DNA of 64,000 nt from an uncultured Clostridia bacterium (GTDB lineage: Bacteria; Bacillota; Clostridia; TANB77; CAG-508): the NCBI GenBank assembly GCA_934133165.1, contig CAKPAW010000001.1:238873-302872 (forward strand). Reading direction: 5' to 3'. The notes under the pieces were generated by a model. The model saw only the letters and a program-made list of their open reading frames with translations, was not told the DNA's origin and ran no database searches. The first letter of the stretch is position 1; every line of letters starts with the position of its first letter. Positions 59,701-64,000 of the stretch are shown in pieces. Made by a program: the position numbers and the translations under genes.

Positions 59701-62015
59701 ATTTTATTTCCTGACCACCTTGCTATTTGAAAATCTCCTCTAATCCATCTGTGAAGTCTTGCATTAAAACTCAAATAATTAGTTGGATAACCATCCATTA
59801 GTAATATATCTGAACAAAGTCCTGCTCTTAAATAGCTTCCCTCTAATAAATCATGACTTAAAACTGTATTTTCCGGAATTTCATTTGATAATACTTCTGA
59901 AAATACCCTTAAATCATAGATACCCTTTCCTGTAAATATCCCTTCGTCAAAATTATCTTGGTATACATCTGATATTGCATTTGTATATAAGTCTGTTCCT
60001 CCACTACCTGCAAATATTTTTGTAAATAGATTTTTATTTGCCGCTTCTAAATTGATTCCAACACGCGGTTGCATTAACCCATGCCCATCTATTACTAAAT
60101 CTTTTTTATTATTAAGTACAGGTTTATTTAGAATATGGGCCATTGCTTCAATTAGCTCTAAGCCACTATTTAATATAAGGTTAGTGTCTGCATCTAAAGT
60201 AATTATATATTTTATAAATGGTATATCTATTTTTTCTAGCGTATTTACTAAAAATGGACTTTCTATTTTTCCTAATAAATAATCATTAAATTGATTTAAT
60301 AAGCCTCTCTTTCTTTCCCAACCTAAATAACATTCTTCTTCACCATTCCAAAAACGTTTTCTATAAACAAAATGAAATTTTGGTATACTATTTTCTTCCT
60401 TATATTTTTCGTTCAATATTTGTACTTGCTTTATTCCTTCATTGATTACTTCATCATCAAAAGGTTCTTCTTTATTTGGTCCTGAAGAGCAATCGCCAAG
60501 TAGTGCAAAATATATGTTTTCGCTTTTATTTGCTAAATAATAAACTTCTAATTTTTTCACTAACTCTTCTACTTTTTCTTTACTTTTTAAAATTGTTGGA
60601 ATAACAACAAATGTAGAATACTCCTTTGGAACACCTGAATAAAAATCCAGTTTTGGTATAAGTTTTGGCTTAACTACTTTTCCTAATATATATTGAACAA
60701 CTTGTACCACAATTTCTTGAATAGGAAAAATTAAAGTAATTCCTAATATTATTGTTAAAATCACATTTCTTAATTGTTCTTGTATATTACACATAAATAC
60801 AATATCAATTATTAAAGAAGCTACCCAAATTAATATTATATAATATTTAGCCTTACTATTACTTTCTTTAATTTTCTCGCCATTTTGTTGTAATACTTTA
60901 TATAATTTGTGCTTACCTTTATCTATTAAGTAATAACCAATATGCGCTTCTTTTGTATTTTCATTTCCGTTACTTGCAAGCTCTAAAACTTTTTTTGCAA
61001 TATAAATTTCTGCAATTTTAGTTTTTTTAGCAATCTCTTTTATTGTATTTCTATAGTATTCCTTTGTTTTATAATCCATTTTTGTATAAACATTTGCTGG
61101 GTCTTGTTTTAGTATTTCTTCTACTCCATTTACTTCTTCAAAAATAGATAAAAAGTCGATTCGAAGTAATTCTTTCATACTAGTAATACAATTTGCCATA
61201 CTAACTTTTTTTACAGCAATATCATAATGTTCTTTCTTTACTACCTCCTCGATAGTAGTTCCCATTTTATTTACTTGTTCTTCCAATATATTTAAAAATG
61301 GAATAGCAATTCTTCCTTGTTTATTTAATCTATAAGAAAGATACTCTATAAAAGGATATTTCATCTCACCATATCCTTTTACACGTGCTCTATATTCTGT
61401 AAGATTTTTATATTTTAAGTCTTCCTTTTTTTCTACTAGTCTTTCAAAAATATTTTCTACTCTATACTTTTGCATTTGACTAAAATAAATTTTTTCACAT
61501 ATATCGCTAATTCCCTGTATTAGAGCTATTTGCATAAAAATATTTAAGTTCCATATTTCTTCCATGCTAAGTGTCTTTTTTCTTTGATATGCAGAAAGAA
61601 AACTACTAATATTTTTGGCATCTATACGACTATCTGTGTAACTTACAATTTCAAATGCTAAAACATAAATCCTTGCAAAACCTTTGTAGGTTCCGTTTGC
61701 AATACCTAAAAAGTTTTTATATTTTTTTAAAGGCATTTGATTAATAATTGTTTTTACAGTTTCTTCGATAATGTAAAAATTGTCTAATAGCCATTCCCCT
61801 GCTGGATGAATGGGAATGCCTAATTTTATATGTTCATCTAATAAATGATAGACCTCTGAAATTTTAGCAAAATTCTCTTTTACTTTTGGTATAGGGTATG
61901 TTTGCTTTTCACTATTTTTTTGTAAAACATGATCAGAAGCCAATTTTTCTAAATATTGCTCTAAACCATATTTATCTAAATTAGCTCCTTTTAAATTTAA
62001 GTTTTTATATTCCAT
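53736..62015 (-). CDS. giant (2759 aa) cyclic beta-1,2-glucan synthase-like protein (NdvB/Cgs-type: membrane GT84 glycosyltransferase plus C-terminal GH94 glucan phosphorylase domain)
   Basis: DxD motif ITLDADTNL in a cytoplasmic GT region between TM clusters. GH94 catalytic-region motif GGAFGFRDQLQDT in the C-terminal third. AAGGAGT RBS. Confidence 0.75.
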   Translation of the reverse strand: MEYKNLNLKGANLDKYGLEQYLEKLASDHVLQKNSEKQTYPIPKVKENFAKISEVYHLLDEHIKLGIPIHPAGEWLLDNFYIIEETVKTIINQMPLKKYKNFLGIANGTYKGFARIYVLAFEIVSYTDSRIDAKNISSFLSAYQRKKTLSMEEIWNLNIFMQIALIQGISDICEKIYFSQMQKYRVENIFERLVEKKEDLKYKNLTEYRARVKGYGEMKYPFIEYLSYRLNKQGRIAIPFLNILEEQVNKMGTTIEEVVKKEHYDIAVKKVSMANCITSMKELLRIDFLSIFEEVNGVEEILKQDPANVYTKMDYKTKEYYRNTIKEIAKKTKIAEIYIAKKVLELASNGNENTKEAHIGYYLIDKGKHKLYKVLQQNGEKIKESNSKAKYYIILIWVASLIIDIVFMCNIQEQLRNVILTIILGITLIFPIQEIVVQVVQYILGKVVKPKLIPKLDFYSGVPKEYSTFVVIPTILKSKEKVEELVKKLEVYYLANKSENIYFALLGDCSSGPNKEEPFDDEVINEGIKQVQILNEKYKEENSIPKFHFVYRKRFWNGEEECYLGWERKRGLLNQFNDYLLGKIESPFLVNTLEKIDIPFIKYIITLDADTNLILNSGLELIEAMAHILNKPVLNNKKDLVIDGHGLMQPRVGINLEAANKNLFTKIFAGSGGTDLYTNAISDVYQDNFDEGIFTGKGIYDLRVFSEVLSNEIPENTVLSHDLLEGSYLRAGLCSDILLMDGYPTNYLSFNARLHRWIRGDFQIARWSGNKIIDKKLREKNNPLNTLSRYKIIDNLIRALTPVFSMLSLIILFTTKLFLNFKVGVFAWFIVIWAMFPLILDIANRIIYKKEGQMHTKSFSPRIYSLFASFIRGVLSLISLPDKAYFSLDAIIRTIYRKKISKKHLLEWTTSEDAEKLAKNNLISYYKSMFANVVFGVVGVIYSIANKKETMYIFLFILSLLWLIAPFAFWYISKKEEKQQAINKVTNKEKEYLNSIGEKTWLFFKESITKENNYLPPDNYQEDRTPYFVDRTSSTNIGLGFLSIISSYDLGYETLESTLELLNNMLGTVNELPKWNGHLYNWYNIKTLEPLIPRYISTVDSGNFVGYVYVLKQFYKDIKEKIETGQIELDVETKEKLLNFIPDWANKKVEDIPIANADFSKLYDEEKGLFSIGFNIEENKLTDSYYDLLASEARSASFVAISKKDIPSKHWGHLSRTMTAINGYNGLISWSGTAFEYLMPNVIIKQEEGSLLDESIKFMLMSQKEYAKKLGIPWGFSETAYYLKDLNNNYQYKAIGIPWLGLKRGLEEDMVVASYASFMALLIDPKEVIANLRELEKQGIYNKYGFYESMDYTPIRMPKGKKQMPIKTYMAHHQALILLSINNFFNDNILQKRFMENPEIEATSILLQEVMPENRIITKEEKIKPVKITYQDYENYAQRVFTKTKEALPICNIISNDNYSVVMDVKGKGYSKYKNYLINKYNVTEDETEEQGILFYLKNIKNKRIWSINNRNDNIKADKYEIVFTEDSDKIKRTDGAIKSTCKVTIASTNEKTPVEIRNLELQNNGVENETIEITSVLEPALASQTEYNSHPAFQKLFLIYEYLEDENIFIIKRKDRKNTEKGLYLAVSLYTNDNVIGDLEYEIDKEKFVGRNNFEIPTMVKNSKPFSKRIDLVTDPILALRRTICLEPEQMANFSLIICASESREEVIQNIKQYQREEEIKKAFELSIAKADTEARYLRLNAKQIVTYQKILGYLLFENPIQSKEKYSKKYYPKEELWKYGISGDLPILLVKISSSNEKDNLEEILKAYEFFRLKNVEIDLVILNEEPNSYEKYTKETIQNTIINLNLSYVQNIRGGIYVLENEDFEVVEFYSNLIIDTKRGPVARQLEDLEDEYLENIKQIEEKTKTNFEGFEEEKTKIVLPENLLYNNEYGGFSQDRNKYKMIVDKENRLPTVWSHVMANDTFGTLVTEAGGGFTWSKNSGLNKLTAWSNNQVLDTPSEVIYMQDAESLKTWSVTLNPMPDEKQYEVEYGFGYANYRHSSMQIEQNLTTFVPEKDNIKVSLLELKNLSPKKKKLNFVYYIKPVLGENKLQTKDYINLKFKENDNMITLENKTNTDFKEIIYVSCNEKVKSYTADKKFFFGKGNISNPEALKKVSLNNKNSLGKDGIVAIQIEVELESFEKKKISFMLGSEQNLIDCQDKVYKYSKVEKAEEELEKVRRYWEEFLGRMQVETPMESFNILMNGWLIYQTISCRLKARSGFYQSGGAFGFRDQLQDTIALKYFSPELIKKQIIKHSKHQFIEGDVEHWWHEETSRGIRTKFSDDLLWLVYLVEEYIENTGDYSILEEKTNYIVGEILGENTDERYDRYESSNIEESIFMHCERAIERSLNFGENGLPKIGSGDWNDGFSEVGNKGKGESVWLGFFLYNVLQRWISICEEKKQELEKESNVIMEEVDIQNEELEKQNEQDEKSVSETVELENKIQKYQKIVENLKKALNNNAWDGRWFRRAYTDNGDILGTIQNEECKIDGISQSWSVISNAGDNDKKYISMESLENHLVDKESGIIKLLDPPFEKSKLEPGYIKAYLPGTRENGGQYTHAAIWAIIAEAMLGFGDKAVELFRMINPIEHARTKETASKYKVEPYIVAADIYGQKNLAGRGGWTWYTGSSSWMYEAGLHYILGLTINKGYLSINPCISADWKEYKIRYKYGNSIYNIKVENYNRKNTGVETMIVNGYVIEDKKVKLSKDGGIYNIEIIM

Positions 62016-62080
62016 TTAAATTACTCCTTAGCAATATGTTATGCACATATTATTTGCTAGAAGTGGAAAATTTATGCACA

Positions 62081-62662
62081 TTATTCATAATCTTCTAAAG
62101 TTAAACTTAAGTTTTCTTTTCCTATTATTTCAATTCCTTTTTTTAAACTTTGTCTATCTGTTTCTGGAAGATATGTTGTAACAATTTGTGTTGTTTCTTT
62201 TAACTTTTCTTTTCCTTCACTATCTTTTCTATATATTGCAATATAGCCATTATTTTCTTTTAGTAAATAATGCTCATCACAAATTCCTTCTTTTTCTTGA
62301 TAAAATACAATATTATTTGCTGTAAAATTCTCTATTTTATAATCTTTATATTTGTCTTGCATTTCTATTTCGGTTTTATTCACTAATTCTTCTGGTATAT
62401 TTTCTCTTTTAGTTGTTGTATGCTTGCAACCTTTATAATAGGTTTTAAACTCAAATAAGCAGTTTGGTGAAGCCTTAACTTCTGCGTAAGAAGTTGAAAT
62501 TATTTCTATACCATTTTGAAGATTTTGATCTGTACTTACTAGTTTAGTTTCTACTTTTTGCTCGTCTTTTATTGAGTTTTTACTAATAAAAATTCCAACA
62601 ATAACTCCTAAAATAACAATTGCACAAATTCCTAATATAATCCACACATAATTTTTTCTCAT
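62081..62662 (-). CDS. membrane-anchored hypothetical protein, possibly BofC-like
   Basis: N-terminal TM; the C-terminal EGICDEHYLLKENNGYIAIYRKD is reminiscent of a BofC C-domain. Weak. Confidence 0.35.
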   Translation of the reverse strand: MRKNYVWIILGICAIVILGVIVGIFISKNSIKDEQKVETKLVSTDQNLQNGIEIISTSYAEVKASPNCLFEFKTYYKGCKHTTTKRENIPEELVNKTEIEMQDKYKDYKIENFTANNIVFYQEKEGICDEHYLLKENNGYIAIYRKDSEGKEKLKETTQIVTTYLPETDRQSLKKGIEIIGKENLSLTLEDYE

Positions 62663-62866
62663 ATTATACTCAATTCCTCTCTCTATTGCGTTTTCTTTTA
62701 GTATGGAATTTTTTTAGTAAAAATATACCAATTTACGTAAAAATATAGTACATAAATTTTTATTATTTTAAAAATCTATGCACTATATAATACATTCTCA
62801 TATTTACATTATTATAAGAGTGTCCAAGTGTTCCGATTTCGGAACGAAAGGGACCATCCTTAGTGT

Positions 62867-63547
62867 TCAAAGTTTTGTTTTAATTTTCACCTTACCTTTA
62901 TCATCTACTTTTATTGTAATTTCTCCCTTTTCATCTGTACGATATATTTTCGTGTTTAAATTTTGTAGTCTATTTATAACACCTGCATTTGGATGACCAA
63001 ATGTATTTTTTTCTCCAACTCCTATTAATGCAATTTGAGGCTTTACTTTTTCTAAAAATTCTTTTATGCTTGAGGACTTTGAGCCATGATGTGCTACTTT
63101 TAATATGTTTGCATTTAAAATATTGCTATTTTCATATTCTTTTAAAATTTCGTTTTCTGCTATTTTTTCAATATCTCCTGTAAGCAAAATTGAAAAACTT
63201 TTATAATTTAGTTTAGCAACTATAGAATTATTATTTATTGCATTTTCTTTTATCCTCTCATCTTTTGGCCATAAAATGGTTAGCCAAATATTTTCTTCAA
63301 TTCTCAGATTATCTCCTTTTTTTACAACATAAACCTTTATCTTTTTGTTCTTTACAATCTCTTTAAATCTTTTATAATTTTCATTTTCCTCTTGCTCACA
63401 AATAATTACCTTTTCTGCTTTTAATTCTTCTAACACACTTAAAATTCCTCCAACATGGTCTGTTTCAACCATTGATGCCCAAAAAATATAAGGCATATTT
63501 TGTTGAATGATATATTCAACCTTTAATGCCCAAAATAATATAGACAT
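62867..63547 (-). CDS. stand-alone MBL-fold metallo-hydrolase resembling the C-terminal domain of ComEC/Rec2
   Basis: KVAHHGSKSS...FGHPNAGV motifs. There is no ComEC transmembrane/competence domain, and the N-terminal HxHxDH region is degenerate (SMVETDHVGG). Confidence 0.6.
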   Translation of the reverse strand: MSILFWALKVEYIIQQNMPYIFWASMVETDHVGGILSVLEELKAEKVIICEQEENENYKRFKEIVKNKKIKVYVVKKGDNLRIEENIWLTILWPKDERIKENAINNNSIVAKLNYKSFSILLTGDIEKIAENEILKEYENSNILNANILKVAHHGSKSSSIKEFLEKVKPQIALIGVGEKNTFGHPNAGVINRLQNLNTKIYRTDEKGEITIKVDDKGKVKIKTKL

Positions 63548-63564
63548 AAAAGAAGAAATAGCTT

Positions 63565-63942
63565 TTAAACTATTTCCTCTTTTTTATCTATATTCCATAT
63601 AATCTTTATCTCTCGGCTATTACTTGCTTCGTTGTATTTTCCTAAATATATCTTCTCTACAAATTCATTTAAAATCTCTGGTGTCAATGCTTCAATTCTT
63701 CTATACTTTTCAAATAACTCATTTTGTTCAAAGTCATTTTTCAGTCTTTGTTCTTCTAATTCCTTAATCTGCAAATCTATATTGTTTCTTTCATTACTAT
63801 ATTTTAGAATTTCATTATCTATGTTTTGTTTTAATGTTTTAAATTCTTCTAATGTTAATGTACCATTTACCCTGTCTTCATATAAAATACTTAATCTATT
63901 AGTTTTTTCTGTTAATGTATATTCTAGATTATTATATTGCAT
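63565..63942 (-). CDS. coiled-coil hypothetical protein (125 aa)
   Basis: An ORF only; no recognised domain. Confidence 0.35.
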   Translation of the reverse strand: MQYNNLEYTLTEKTNRLSILYEDRVNGTLTLEEFKTLKQNIDNEILKYSNERNNIDLQIKELEEQRLKNDFEQNELFEKYRRIEALTPEILNEFVEKIYLGKYNEASNSREIKIIWNIDKKEEIV

Positions 63943-64000
63943 TTTTAGTTTTTCAATTTGATTAGCAATATTACCATATTTTATATCATTATATTTATCT

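Overview
This is an AT-rich (roughly 27-28% GC) chromosomal segment from a low-GC Gram-positive anaerobe. It looks Clostridia-like: a sortase B locus, a SpoVB-like flippase, YaaT, a four-subunit ferredoxin-dependent 2-oxoacid oxidoreductase and a clostridial-type ferredoxin. Most genes are housekeeping and sit on the minus strand. In window order they are: ppa (partial), tRNA-Leu, a srtB/NPKTG surface-protein operon, a TIGR01212 radical SAM gene, M23 peptidases, hup, a spoVB-like gene, rluB-rluD-lspA, tsf-rpsB, pdp-rnhB, htrA, a P-type Ca-ATPase, smc, an HD-GYP protein, mazF/ndoA, dusB, rodA-minE-minD, cca, porGDAB plus fdx, yaaT-holB, lepB, a WalRK-like two-component system, and a 2759-aa GT84-GH94 (NdvB-like) cyclic-glucan-synthase-like protein. 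I found no CRISPR array, rRNA, integrase or transposase. The non-housekeeping content is as follows. (1) A decayed Fic gene and an XRE/small-protein pair lie next to tRNA-Leu. (2) A three-gene DNA-transfer-like module sits between housekeeping genes: a T4SS coupling-protein-like membrane ATPase, a tiny acidic protein and a Replication-relaxation-like wHTH protein. (3) There are several families of dispersed structured intergenic repeats. One is a 39-bp dyad element sandwiched between terminator hairpins. Two roughly 145-bp, roughly 96% identical copies of it bracket dusB in inverted orientation, with compensatory substitutions that preserve the dyad. Another is a GGGAC-stem hairpin family forming a roughly 175-bp composite palindrome between the HD-GYP gene and mazF. 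There is also a perfect 33-bp-arm palindrome downstream of tsf, and an identical 32-nt 3' flank after both rluB and smc. (4) An M23 peptidase with an intact promoter, RBS and ATG is frameshifted by a 7-bp tandem duplication. (5) mazF has no antitoxin. (6) MinE carries a roughly 120-aa charged tail and minC is missing from the locus. (7) Tandem 28-bp direct repeats lie upstream of the por operon. Which of these, if any, is the single intended novel system I cannot decide from sequence alone. The transfer-like module and the dusB-bracketing repeat family are my top candidates.
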